Below are positions 39,418 to 48,091 of a stretch of DNA of 64,000 nt, piece after piece. Every line of letters begins with the position of its first letter. Position 1 is the stretch's first letter. Location: the NCBI GenBank assembly GCA_035499005.1, contig DATJZQ010000064.1, forward strand, positions 966-64,965. Direction: 5' to 3'. Origin of the DNA: Burkholderiales bacterium (GTDB taxonomy: Bacteria > Pseudomonadota > Gammaproteobacteria > Burkholderiales > SHXO01). A program made the translations under genes and the position numbers. The notes under the pieces are model-generated. The model was not told the DNA's origin and did not search any database. It worked only from the letters and a program-made list of their open reading frames with translations.

Positions 39418-39606
39418 ATGTTTTGGCTCACCTTGCTGCTGGTGTGGGCCGTTGCGTCGATCGTGGTGGCCGTCGTCTGGGGAAGAGTTGTGTATCTGAG
39501 CGAGGATTGCGGCGACGAGTGCCCCGATGCGGCTTCGACGTCCACGTCGGATTCGCGGACAAAAATTTCCGCCCAGGATGATCCGAGGCGCAGCTCGCAG
39601 CGCTAA
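39418..39606 (+). CDS. hypothetical small membrane protein (62 aa)
   Basis: ATG at 39418 preceded by GAGGAGGACAAGG. One TM helix (MFWLTLLLVWAVASIVVAVVWG), then a CGDEC motif and a Ser/Asp-rich tail. Supported only by start context and hydrophobicity. Confidence 0.3.
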   Translation: MFWLTLLLVWAVASIVVAVVWGRVVYLSEDCGDECPDAASTSTSDSRTKISAQDDPRRSSQR

Positions 39607-39637
39607 CCCCTGCGCAAAACCGGCAGCACTGAGCGCG

Positions 39638-40636
39638 TCAGGCCGCCCGCAGCTTTCCCGCCGCGCGGTCCCAGCGCCAGAGCTTCGCCCCGTTCTGCAG
39701 GTGCGTGCCTCCCACCCAGCGATCGATGCCGTTGGCATCGACTGCGTCCAGCTTGCCGGCGAGTACTTCCCGGCCGGCAGGTGTAAGCCGAAAGCGCTGA
39801 GCTCCGAAAGACGCAGCCGCCGGGACCTCGGGCGGGAACCGCGGGCGGGCACCGCTCGCCAGCTCGAGCAAAGGTCTCGGGCCGCTCGCGAGGCGCGCGA
39901 GCACGCGCCAGAAAGGCCAATCACCCATGAACGGCCGCTCCTCGCGCGTGTGCACGGCGACGAAAATCTCGGCTGGCGCGCGGGCGCCTTCCGCGACTGC
40001 CTCCAGCGCCGCGTGCTCGGTGCGGGACAAGCCGTCGATGGTCGACGGCAGCTCCTCCAGCAGACGCCGGAGCGCCAACGCCAGGACCGGCAGGGCAGGC
40101 ATGCGCTGCTGCCGCAGCGCATCCAGCGCAAGCGGGTCCGCCGCGCAGAACGCGTCCCACGCGCGGGCCGCGAGCGCCAATAGAGCGTCCCCGACCGGCG
40201 CTCTCGCTTCGAACAGCGCCTTGATCGCTTCCGGCTTCAATTGCGCCACGCCGCGGAAGTTGCCTTCGGCATCCTTGTCCACGCAGATCAGAGACAGGCG
40301 CACTGGCTTCCCTTTCTGCTTTTTGTACCAGGCCAGCACCTGACACAGCTGGAGCTGGTCATAGAGGTCGGACTCGAACCACAGGACGACCTCATCCTCG
40401 TTGATCGAAGCCTCGAGCGCGGCGTCGCGCGCGAGAAACTGCCGGCTCAATTCGGCCGGCTTGCCCCAACCGCACGAAGCGATGAACTCCGAGCGCAGAC
40501 GCGAGAGGTTCGGCAGATTCATGCCCGCCGGCACCGGCCCCTCGTGCAGCACGTCGCGCCAGGGCAGATACGAGCCCGGCAGCTCGGCTGCTCGCAGCAC
40601 GCCGACCGCGTGGTCCCCATTGGTGAGGTGGAGCAT
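39638..40636 (-). CDS. DUF1835 (plus DUF3658-like C-terminal) domain protein
   Basis: MLHLTNGDHAVGVLRAA...LPWRDVLHEGPVP...VVLWFESDLYDQLQLCQVL matches my recollection of the DUF1835 N-terminal signature. Function unknown. Confidence 0.65.
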   Translation of the reverse strand: MLHLTNGDHAVGVLRAAELPGSYLPWRDVLHEGPVPAGMNLPNLSRLRSEFIASCGWGKPAELSRQFLARDAALEASINEDEVVLWFESDLYDQLQLCQVLAWYKKQKGKPVRLSLICVDKDAEGNFRGVAQLKPEAIKALFEARAPVGDALLALAARAWDAFCAADPLALDALRQQRMPALPVLALALRRLLEELPSTIDGLSRTEHAALEAVAEGARAPAEIFVAVHTREERPFMGDWPFWRVLARLASGPRPLLELASGARPRFPPEVPAAASFGAQRFRLTPAGREVLAGKLDAVDANGIDRWVGGTHLQNGAKLWRWDRAAGKLRAA

Positions 40637-40684
40637 CGATGCAGCCCTATCGCAATCCAAGCCGGCGATGCTCGCGTGGGCAGC

Positions 40685-41554
40685 TCATGTCTCGCTGTCT
40701 TGCGGATCTGTCTTGATCGGTTTGATCTTGCGGCGCTCCTCGATGCGCGCGCCCAGATTCTTGGCGATCTCCCTGGATCTCTCCAGCTCGCTCGGCGTCA
40801 GCACAGAAGCAAGCGCTCGCAACTCCTCGGCGTTGGCCACCGCTTCGTCCTTGTCCTCTGCCGTGAAGTAGCCATCGGCCACGGCGAGCCAGGCATGCGC
40901 TTCCGCCTGGTCGGCCGGGAAGCCTCTTCCCTCCGCCAGCATTCTGCCCAGATTATGCATCGCGCTGGCGATGCCCTTGTCGGCGGCCCGCGTGTACCAG
41001 TCATAGGCAGCCTTGTAGCTGCGCTCGACCCCACGGCCATTTTCGTAGAGGGCGGCCAGGTTGAACATCCCGAGGCCGTCGCCCGCATCGGCCGCGCGCT
41101 TGTACCAGGTCAATGCGTCCGCGTAGCTCCGCTCGACGCCCAGCCCGTTTTCGTACAGGTCACCTACGCTGTTCATGGCCCAGCCGCTGCCCTGCTCCGC
41201 CGCCATCTGCCACCACTTGCGCGCTTCCTGATAGTCCTGGGAAACGCCATGGCCGTTGGCGTACAGCAGCCCGATGTTGTTCATGGCCACGGGATAGCCA
41301 CGCCGTGCAGCCTCCTTCCACCAGCGCAGCGCCTCCGCAAAGTTCGGCGCAGGCACACCGATACCGCGCGCCCACAGCAGGCCGATATTATTCATGGCGC
41401 GCACGTCGCCCTGCTCGACCATCGGGATGAGCTTCTCCGGGTTGATGGACTCGGCGCCGGGGTCGATATCGGTGAACGTCTCCTCGGGCTGCGGGGCCGC
41501 CAGGGCCAGGCTCGACGCGAGCAACGCAGCGAAAGGCAAAAGCCTAGTGCTCAA
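40685..41554 (-). CDS. Sel1-repeat (SLR/TPR-like) secreted protein
   Basis: Signal peptide followed by about 6 tandem Sel1 repeats (A..WY.KAA..G...A..NLG.LY..G.GV..D...A). Confidence 0.85.
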   Translation of the reverse strand: MSTRLLPFAALLASSLALAAPQPEETFTDIDPGAESINPEKLIPMVEQGDVRAMNNIGLLWARGIGVPAPNFAEALRWWKEAARRGYPVAMNNIGLLYANGHGVSQDYQEARKWWQMAAEQGSGWAMNSVGDLYENGLGVERSYADALTWYKRAADAGDGLGMFNLAALYENGRGVERSYKAAYDWYTRAADKGIASAMHNLGRMLAEGRGFPADQAEAHAWLAVADGYFTAEDKDEAVANAEELRALASVLTPSELERSREIAKNLGARIEERRKIKPIKTDPQDSET

Positions 41555-41657
41555 TTCGTATCTCCCGTTCGGCCGCGCGGCCGTGAGCGGAGCGCCGATG
41601 AATGCTTGCGATGGAAGATGGTGACATCAAAACTAGACCGCCCGCGCTGTTGCGAGT

Positions 41658-42527
41658 TCAGCCGCGAAGAAAGGGACGCAGGTCGGCGAGCAGCTCCGCC
41701 GCCGCTTCCTCGGGGATGAAGTGGCCGCAGGCGAGCGGGTGACCGCGCACGTCTAGCGCTTTGTCGCGCCAGCTGCCCAGGACATCGAACAGGGTGTGCA
41801 TCTTGCCGTGCTCGCCCCAGATCACCAGGACCGGGCAGTGCACCTTCATCGCAAGGTCGCGCTCATCGTCCTCGATATCGCGCGTGGCGGCGGCGCGATA
41901 GTCCTCGAGCCCGGCGCGGATGGTCCCCGGAATCGTGAAGGCCCGAACATACTCCTGCACCATCGCTTCCTCGATCGCCCCGGCGCGGAAAGTCCATCCG
42001 CGCAGCATATAGCGCAGGAAGGCCTCCGGAGCACCGCCGATCATGAGCTCCGGCAGGTCCGGCACCTGAAAGTAGAACCAGTGCCAATACGCAGCCGCCA
42101 GATCCTTCCCGGTGTTGCGGAACACCGTGTGGGTCGGGACGATGTCGAGCACGCACAGCTTCGTCACCGAATCGGGATAGTCCAGCGCGAGGCGATGGGC
42201 TACCCTCGCGCCGCGGTCATGGCCGACGACGGCATAGCGCTTGTGACCGAGCACCTCCATCAGCTGATGGATGTCGCGCGCCATGGTGCGCTTGTCGTAG
42301 CCGTCGCGCGGCTTTTCCGTGTCGCCGTAGCCGCGCAGATCGGGGCACACAACCTGAAACTCGGTGAGGAGCGAGGGCGCGACCTTGCGCCACATCTGCC
42401 CGGTCTGGGGATAGCCGTGCAGCAACACCAGCGGCACGCCCTTTCCGCCGAGCCACGCGTTAACGCGGATGCCGTTGGCGCGGATCACCCGCTGCTCCAT
42501 GCCGCTCATGAAGTGAGGCGCTGTCAC
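41658..42527 (-). CDS. alpha/beta hydrolase (haloacetate dehalogenase / epoxide hydrolase-like subfamily)
   Basis: 289-aa ORF with LLHGYPQTGQMW, GHDRGARVAHRLALDYP (Asp nucleophile type), and a C-terminal CGHFIPEE. Start overlaps the upstream aminotransferase stop by 4 nt. Confidence 0.85.
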   Translation of the reverse strand: MTAPHFMSGMEQRVIRANGIRVNAWLGGKGVPLVLLHGYPQTGQMWRKVAPSLLTEFQVVCPDLRGYGDTEKPRDGYDKRTMARDIHQLMEVLGHKRYAVVGHDRGARVAHRLALDYPDSVTKLCVLDIVPTHTVFRNTGKDLAAAYWHWFYFQVPDLPELMIGGAPEAFLRYMLRGWTFRAGAIEEAMVQEYVRAFTIPGTIRAGLEDYRAAATRDIEDDERDLAMKVHCPVLVIWGEHGKMHTLFDVLGSWRDKALDVRGHPLACGHFIPEEAAAELLADLRPFLRG

Positions 42528-43726
42528 CTCTTCACCATTTTCAAGTATTCGGCCAGCCTCTCCACCCCTTCATGCAGCACCTCGAGCGGCTTGGGGTAGG
42601 AGAAGCGCACGTGGTGACGCGGCTCGTTGCGGCCAAAGTCGAGCCCGGGCGTGATCGCAACGCCGGCCTTCTCGAGCACGTCCCAGCAGAAGGCGTAACT
42701 GTCGTCGGTGAAGCGAGCGCAATTCGCGTAGACATAGAACGCACCCTGCGGCATCACCGGGATCTCGAATCCAAGCGCCTTGAGGGCTGGTACGAGGAAA
42801 TCGCGCTGCTTTCTGTAGAGCTCGCGGCGCTCCTCGAGCAGCGCGACAGTGTCCGGCTCGAAAGCGGCGAGGGCGGCACGCTGCGCGATGTCGGGCGGCG
42901 AAATGAATAGATTACCAGCCAGCTTGTCCACGTCGGTGATGAAGGCGTCGGGAGCGATGAGCCAGCCGAGACGGAATCCGGTCATGCCGAAGTATTTGGA
43001 GAAGCTGTTGATGACGAACACGTCATCGCCGAGGCTCAGGGCCGTGAGCGCTGCGGCGCCATAGGTGAGCCCATGGTAGATCTCGTCCGAGATCAGGATG
43101 CCGCCACGTTGGCGGACGACCTCGTGGATGCCACGCAGCGCCTGCGGCGAGATCATCGTGCCGGTCGGGTTGGACGGCGAGCACACGAGGGCCGCCCTGG
43201 TACGCGGCGTCCAATGCCGTTCGACCAGCTGCGCGGTCAGTTGATACGCGGTACCCGGACCCACCGCGACGCCCACGGGGTTGCCATCCAAGGCACGGAC
43301 GAAGTGCCGGTTGCACGGATAGCCGGGATCCGCCAGCAGCACCTCGTCGCCCGGGTTGAGCAGCACGCCCATCGTCAGGAGCAGCGCACCCGAAGAGCCG
43401 GTAGTGACGGCAACGCGCGAGGCCGGCACGGCAACGCCATAGCGCGCCTGATACCAACCCGAAATCGCCTCGCGCAGGGGCGTGATGCCGAGCGCCGGGG
43501 TGTAGTGCACGTGCCCCCCCTCGAGCACACGCACAGCAGCGTCGCGGACCAGAGGCGCCACAGGAAAATCCGGCTCTCCCACCACCATGCTGACGATGCT
43601 GCGCCCCGTGGCTTCGAGTGCCTTGGCCCGCGCGATGATCTGCATCACGTGGAACGGCTCGATGTCAGCCATGCGTGCCGCAGCGCGCTGCGCTGCGCCG
43701 CTGGGGAGGCGCTCGGCCAGGTTCAT
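42524..43726 (-). CDS. class I/II pyridoxal-phosphate aminotransferase (AspC-like)
   Basis: From MNLAERL: GEPDFP, NPSNPTG, and SFSKYFGMTGFRLGW (PLP-Lys motif). The 94 N-terminal codons of the track ORF were rejected. Confidence 0.85.
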   Translation of the reverse strand: MNLAERLPSGAAQRAAARMADIEPFHVMQIIARAKALEATGRSIVSMVVGEPDFPVAPLVRDAAVRVLEGGHVHYTPALGITPLREAISGWYQARYGVAVPASRVAVTTGSSGALLLTMGVLLNPGDEVLLADPGYPCNRHFVRALDGNPVGVAVGPGTAYQLTAQLVERHWTPRTRAALVCSPSNPTGTMISPQALRGIHEVVRQRGGILISDEIYHGLTYGAAALTALSLGDDVFVINSFSKYFGMTGFRLGWLIAPDAFITDVDKLAGNLFISPPDIAQRAALAAFEPDTVALLEERRELYRKQRDFLVPALKALGFEIPVMPQGAFYVYANCARFTDDSYAFCWDVLEKAGVAITPGLDFGRNEPRHHVRFSYPKPLEVLHEGVERLAEYLKMVKR

Positions 43727-43828
43727 CTGTTCAGTCGGATCGCGGAAGGACTCATTTAGATTAAGGCTAGGCCAACGCGGGGTAAACATCAAGGCGGCTG
43801 GCGGCCCATCGGTGAAGCCGCTACCATC

Positions 43829-44779
43829 GTGACCATGAAAATCGCAATCGTGGGCGCCGGCGGTGTCGGCGGATATTTCGGAGCCAAGCTCGCCGCCAGC
43901 GGCGAGGAGGTGCATTTCATTGCTCGCGGGGCGCACCTCGAGGCAATCCAGAGGAACGGACTGCAAATCTACAGCGCCAACGGCGACGTCCTGGTGAAGC
44001 CGGCGCACGCTACAAACGCTCCCGCGGATGTCGGTTATGCGGACCTGGTGGTGATCGCGGTCAAGCTGTGGTCAACCGACGCAGCCCTGCGTGACGCCGA
44101 GCCGATGGTCGGACCCAGCACAGCGGTTGTTTCGTTCCAGAACGGCGTTGTCGCGGTGGATGCGGTTGCCAAGCTCTTCGGCGAGCGGCGGGCCCTGGGT
44201 GGAGTCGCCCAGATCGCGGCGCTCATCGAGCGGCCTGGGGTGATCCGCCACAACGGGACGATGGCGGTCCTGATCGTCGGCGAGCGGGATGGGACACCCT
44301 CACCACGCGTGCAGAAATTCGTGGATGCATGCGTCAAGGCCCGCATCGAGGCGCGCCTCAGCCCGGACATCCAGAAAAGCATCTGGGAGAAGTACGTCGG
44401 GCTGGTCGCGCTGAGCGGCATGACCTCGCTCACGCGTCTGCCCATGGGACCGGTACGCGAAGACCCGGATACGCGCGCACTCGCGCGCCAGCTGATGTCC
44501 GAAGTCGCAGCGGTTGGCACAGCCAAGGGCGTGCGCCTCGACAGCGAGCTCGTAGATCGAGTGCTGCGTCACGTGGACGGTCTGCCGCGCACGATGGTGT
44601 CCTCGATGCTGGGAGATCTGGAGCGCGGAAATCGTCTGGAGCTGCCGTGGCTGTCGGGCGGCGTCGTGCAGATGGGCACGGAACTGGGCGTTCCGACCCC
44701 GGCGAACAGCTTCGTCTATGCAGCGCTCAAGCACTACGTGAACGGGCGCCCCGCCGACGCGCGCACACCTCGAGCTTGA
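43829..44779 (+). CDS. panE: 2-dehydropantoate 2-reductase (ApbA/PanE family)
   Basis: KIAIVGAGGVGGYFGAKLA Rossmann motif, with family-typical WEKYV and C-terminal domain. Assignment to pantothenate synthesis versus a paralogous ketoacid reductase is not certain. Confidence 0.8.
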   Translation: MTMKIAIVGAGGVGGYFGAKLAASGEEVHFIARGAHLEAIQRNGLQIYSANGDVLVKPAHATNAPADVGYADLVVIAVKLWSTDAALRDAEPMVGPSTAVVSFQNGVVAVDAVAKLFGERRALGGVAQIAALIERPGVIRHNGTMAVLIVGERDGTPSPRVQKFVDACVKARIEARLSPDIQKSIWEKYVGLVALSGMTSLTRLPMGPVREDPDTRALARQLMSEVAAVGTAKGVRLDSELVDRVLRHVDGLPRTMVSSMLGDLERGNRLELPWLSGGVVQMGTELGVPTPANSFVYAALKHYVNGRPADARTPRA

Positions 44780-44796
44780 ACTGCGGTACCTCATTC

Positions 44797-44938
44797 ACCA
44801 CGAAGGACACGAAGGGACTCGAAGGGACACCAAGAAATGGAGAGACGACTTGGTGTCCAAATTGACTCTATGTGGGCCAGCGAACCCATTGAGGGAACGC
44901 TTCGCACTTACTTCGTGTTCCTTCGTGTCCTTCGTGGT
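44797..44938. repeat. 142-bp MITE-like element with 19-bp perfect terminal inverted repeats (panE / enolase-superfamily intergenic)
   Basis: ACCACGAAGGACACGAAGG (44797-44815) is the exact reverse complement of CCTTCGTGTCCTTCGTGGT (44920-44938). Internal 10-bp perfect hairpin GGACACCAAG...CTTGGTGTCC (44825-44858). No target-site duplication seen. Confidence 0.65.
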
Positions 44939-44979
44939 AGATGCGTTTTGGGTTTTGTCTCTTGCCTGGGAGGAGAGCA

Positions 44980-46071
44980 GTGGCTAGCAACCTGAAAATC
45001 AAGAATGTCCGCGCCCGCCCTGTGATGGTGCCGTTCAAGCGCCCACCGGTCAGCGCCAGCGGCGCCCTGCCAACGGCCGCCCTGATCCTCATTGATCTCG
45101 AAACCGATGGCGGCATCACCGGACGATCTTACGTCTTCGGCTACGCACCCTGGACCGTGAAACCGATCATGGGCTGCCTGGACGCGCTGTCGGAGATGAT
45201 CAGAGGCGATGCTCTGGCGCCGTTCGACATCGAAGCCAAGCTGCGCCTGCGCCTCAGGCTGCTCGACACGCCTGGTCTGGTGGGCATCGCGCTCGCCGGC
45301 ATCGACATGTGCGCATGGGATGCTCTGGCACAGGCCCACGGCGTCCCACTGGTGAAACTGCTGGGTGGCCAGGTAAGGCCGGTTCGCGCCTACAACAGCT
45401 GTGGACTCTGGATCCAGCCGGTGGAGAAGTTGGCGGACGAGGCGGCGCAGCTTGCCGCTGAAGGCGGCTTCTCGGCCGTGAAGCTGCGTATCGGCCGCGA
45501 CGATCCAGCGCAGGACCTGGCCGCTGCCCGGAACGTGAAAAAGAGGGTCGGCGACAAGATCAGCGTGATGTCCGACTTCAATCAGCGCCTAACCGTCAAC
45601 GACGCGATTCTGCGCGGCCGCATGCTGGACGACGAAGGATTGTATTGGATCGAGGAGCCGGTTCGGCACGACGACTACGCCGGTTACGCGCGCATCTGCG
45701 CAGAGCTGCGCACGCCGATCCAGACCGGAGAGAACCTGGTGGACACTTTCGAGCTGGCTGACGCGATCGCGCTCAAATCTCTCGACTACGTGATGCCCGA
45801 TGTGCAACGGATCGGCGGCGTCACCGGCTGGTTGCGCGCAGCGGCGCTCGCCCAGGCTCACGACATCGAAATGTCGAGCCATCTGTTCCCCGAGTACAGC
45901 TGCCACCTGCTCGCGGTCACCCCGACCTGCCACTGGCTGGAATACGTGGACTGGGCCGCGCCGGTGCTGGCCGAGCCGGTGCAGGTCAGGGATGGCAGCG
46001 TGCTCATCCCAGACCGGCCCGGCTCGGGGATCACCTGGAACGAGGACGCGGTGCGGCACTATGCGGCGTGA
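44980..46071 (+). CDS. mandelate racemase / muconate lactonizing enzyme family (enolase superfamily) protein
   Basis: GTG at 44980 preceded by GGAGGAG. Metal-ligand pattern (KLRIG..., MSDFNQ, WIEEP, DYVMPD) typical of the MR/MLE family. Substrate unknown. Confidence 0.85.
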   Translation: MASNLKIKNVRARPVMVPFKRPPVSASGALPTAALILIDLETDGGITGRSYVFGYAPWTVKPIMGCLDALSEMIRGDALAPFDIEAKLRLRLRLLDTPGLVGIALAGIDMCAWDALAQAHGVPLVKLLGGQVRPVRAYNSCGLWIQPVEKLADEAAQLAAEGGFSAVKLRIGRDDPAQDLAAARNVKKRVGDKISVMSDFNQRLTVNDAILRGRMLDDEGLYWIEEPVRHDDYAGYARICAELRTPIQTGENLVDTFELADAIALKSLDYVMPDVQRIGGVTGWLRAAALAQAHDIEMSSHLFPEYSCHLLAVTPTCHWLEYVDWAAPVLAEPVQVRDGSVLIPDRPGSGITWNEDAVRHYAA

Positions 46072-46361
46072 GGCCTCAGTGCGGCTTCGGGTTATCGCAC
46101 GCAGACAGCTACGGCACCCAGCCGTTACACGGCCCCTCGATCGGTAATCGATCTGTAAGCCCCTAACGACTAAGCTTGCAGCGGGCGCGCAAGAGTGCCT
46201 CGCTTGCACGCCTGCGAAGCATTGGATTCCCCGAAATGCGGCTGCGTTCGGGGAGACTCGAGGTAAATTCTGCAGCGCGAGTGGGCGTTGGTCTGCCGAC
46301 TCTCGTCGTTGGTGTCATACTCGCCGCGCGCAACATCATCGGCGCTTTGTTCGCTGCGAAT

Positions 46362-46991
46362 ATGATCACAGGCCTCCAAGCACTCGGCCGTCTTCAAGCG
46401 GGAAACCGCCGATTCATCGAGAACGCAACGACGGCAACGGGACCTATGAGCGAGGCCCAGCGACTAGCGCTCCTCGACCGGCAGGAGCCCTTTGCCATCG
46501 TCCTCGGCTGCTCGGATTCCCGCGTTCCGGCTGAGCTGATATTCGACCAGGGTTTCGGTGATCTGTTCGTCATCCGCGTGGCCGGCAACATCGTCGCCCC
46601 CTCACAGGTGGGCAGCGTCGAATTTGCAGCGGCGAGGTTTGGCACGCGGCTGGTCGTCGTCATGGGGCACTCCCAGTGTGGAGTCGTCATCGCGACGCTC
46701 GAGGAGTTGATGGGCAAGACCACCAATCAAACGCACAACCTCCGCTCCATCGTCGAGCGTGTCCGTCCGTCCGTGGAGACCGTGCTCTCGCTCAGTCGAA
46801 GCCGGGACCCGGAGGCGGTGATCCGGGACGCGGTGAGGGCCAATGTTCGAGCATCGACGAATCACTTGCGCCACGGCTCTGCACTGCTGGAATGGATGAT
46901 CGAGAATGACGGCCTGATCGTGGTCGGAGCCGAGTATTCCCTGGAGACGGGAAGAGTCGATTTCTTCGACGGGGCTCCCGATCCGGGCTGA
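46362..46991 (+). CDS. beta-class carbonic anhydrase
   Basis: From MITGLQAL: LGCSDSRVPAELIFDQGFGDLFVIRVAGN and GHSQCG zinc-ligand motifs. The upstream 62 codons of the track ORF were rejected. Confidence 0.8.
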   Translation: MITGLQALGRLQAGNRRFIENATTATGPMSEAQRLALLDRQEPFAIVLGCSDSRVPAELIFDQGFGDLFVIRVAGNIVAPSQVGSVEFAAARFGTRLVVVMGHSQCGVVIATLEELMGKTTNQTHNLRSIVERVRPSVETVLSLSRSRDPEAVIRDAVRANVRASTNHLRHGSALLEWMIENDGLIVVGAEYSLETGRVDFFDGAPDPG

Positions 46992-47009
46992 CCAACAAAG
47001 GAGCTCGCC

Positions 47010-47492
47010 ATGGAGCCGCGTACTTCTCAAATCGCCGTGCGCGCAGTCGATGTCCCGCCGCGGGCCAGAGCTACCAGCTATCCCGAGCCGTTCGCCTCAC
47101 GGGTAGCGGGCCGGGAGAAGCGCGTGCTCGGCGATCTGTTCGGCGTTACCAACTTCGGAGTCAATCTCACGCGGCTCAAACCCGGTGCGGCGTCATCGAT
47201 CCGGCATGCTCACTCGAAACAGGACGAGTTCGTCTACATCCTGGAGGGGCATCCCGTTCTGATCACGAACGCGGGTGAAATTCAGCTCGAGGCCGGAATG
47301 TGCGCCGGGTTCCGCGCCGGCACGGGTGATGCGCACCATATGGTCAACCGCGGTCCGGCAGACGTCGTGTATCTGGAGATAGGAGACCGCACCGCAGGTG
47401 ACGAGTCGATTTACCCGGACGACGATCTGCGTGTGACGCGTACGGCTGACGGCAAGTGGTCGTACACGCGGAAGGACGGGAGCGCATACTGA
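47010..47492 (+). CDS. cupin-domain protein
   Basis: 160-aa ORF. IRHAHSKQDEFVYILEG...GFRAGTGDAHHMVN is a cupin_2 metal-site pattern. Confidence 0.75.
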   Translation: MEPRTSQIAVRAVDVPPRARATSYPEPFASRVAGREKRVLGDLFGVTNFGVNLTRLKPGAASSIRHAHSKQDEFVYILEGHPVLITNAGEIQLEAGMCAGFRAGTGDAHHMVNRGPADVVYLEIGDRTAGDESIYPDDDLRVTRTADGKWSYTRKDGSAY

Positions 47493-47533
47493 GCGCCAGT
47501 GCGAGTGTGGCAAGGCAATAGATCACCTCTGAA

Positions 47534-47929
47534 ATGGGAAGCGATATGAACCGGATGGTAAACGTGGGCGTGGCGGCAAGGATCGGAACCTACAGCGACG
47601 CCGTGGAGACCGCGCCCGGGAAGCGGGTCCTGTACACCTCCGGCACGCCCGGCCTCAGCGCGGAGACAGGGCAGCTTCCCGAGGGCTTCGCCGAGCAGGC
47701 CGACCTGGCGTGGAGAAACATCAAGTCGATTCTGGCCGAGGCCGGGATGGGGGTCGAAGACATCGTCAAGCTGACTCAATACCTGATTCGCCGCGACGAT
47801 CTCGCGGCGTACCGCGACATCCGCTCGCGCCATCTCGGCGCCTGCCGGCCGGCCTCGATGCTCAGCTTTGTCCCGGGGCTGGTCTGGCCGAACATGCTCA
47901 TCGAGCTGGAAGTCGTGGCGGCGAAGTAA
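47534..47929 (+). CDS. RidA/YjgF/Rut-family (endoribonuclease L-PSP fold) protein
   Basis: 131-aa ORF. VLYTSGTPGL...IVKLTQYL...RPASMLSFVPGLVWPNMLIELEVVA fits the RidA family. Start among the N-terminal Met codons is uncertain. Confidence 0.8.
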   Translation: MGSDMNRMVNVGVAARIGTYSDAVETAPGKRVLYTSGTPGLSAETGQLPEGFAEQADLAWRNIKSILAEAGMGVEDIVKLTQYLIRRDDLAAYRDIRSRHLGACRPASMLSFVPGLVWPNMLIELEVVAAK

Positions 47930-47941
47930 TTTTTCCTCGCT

Positions 47942-48003
47942 CCACCCTCCTCTCCCCCCGGATCCAGTCCGGGGCAGGCTCTCTCCCGCAGGCAGAGAGG
48001 GGA
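47942..48003. repeat. REP-like repeat variant (RidA / FAD-oxidase intergenic)
   Basis: CCACCCTCCTCTCCCCCCGGATCCAGTCCGGGGCAGGCTCTCTCCCGCAGGCAGAGAGGGG: two hairpins with the CTCTCCC...GAGAGGG theme. Confidence 0.6.
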
Positions 48004-48091
48004 TTTGTCCACGCGGCTGCCCCGATCTGAGAGAATAGGACGCATCGGGCCGCCCGGCCTCGATCAAAAGCCCTGGGAAGAGAGGAAAGCA

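Noticed and set aside
39301-40131. 276-aa minus-strand ORF overlapping the DUF1835 gene in another frame (also 39927..40343 plus, 39921..40346 minus)
   Set aside because: These are alternative frames of the same GC-rich segment. Only the 39638..40636 frame shows a recognisable conserved N-terminal signature.
43727-44008. 94-codon N-terminal extension of the aminotransferase ORF
   Set aside because: Homology to class I/II aminotransferases starts near MNLAERL. The extension overlaps the divergent panE promoter and start region.
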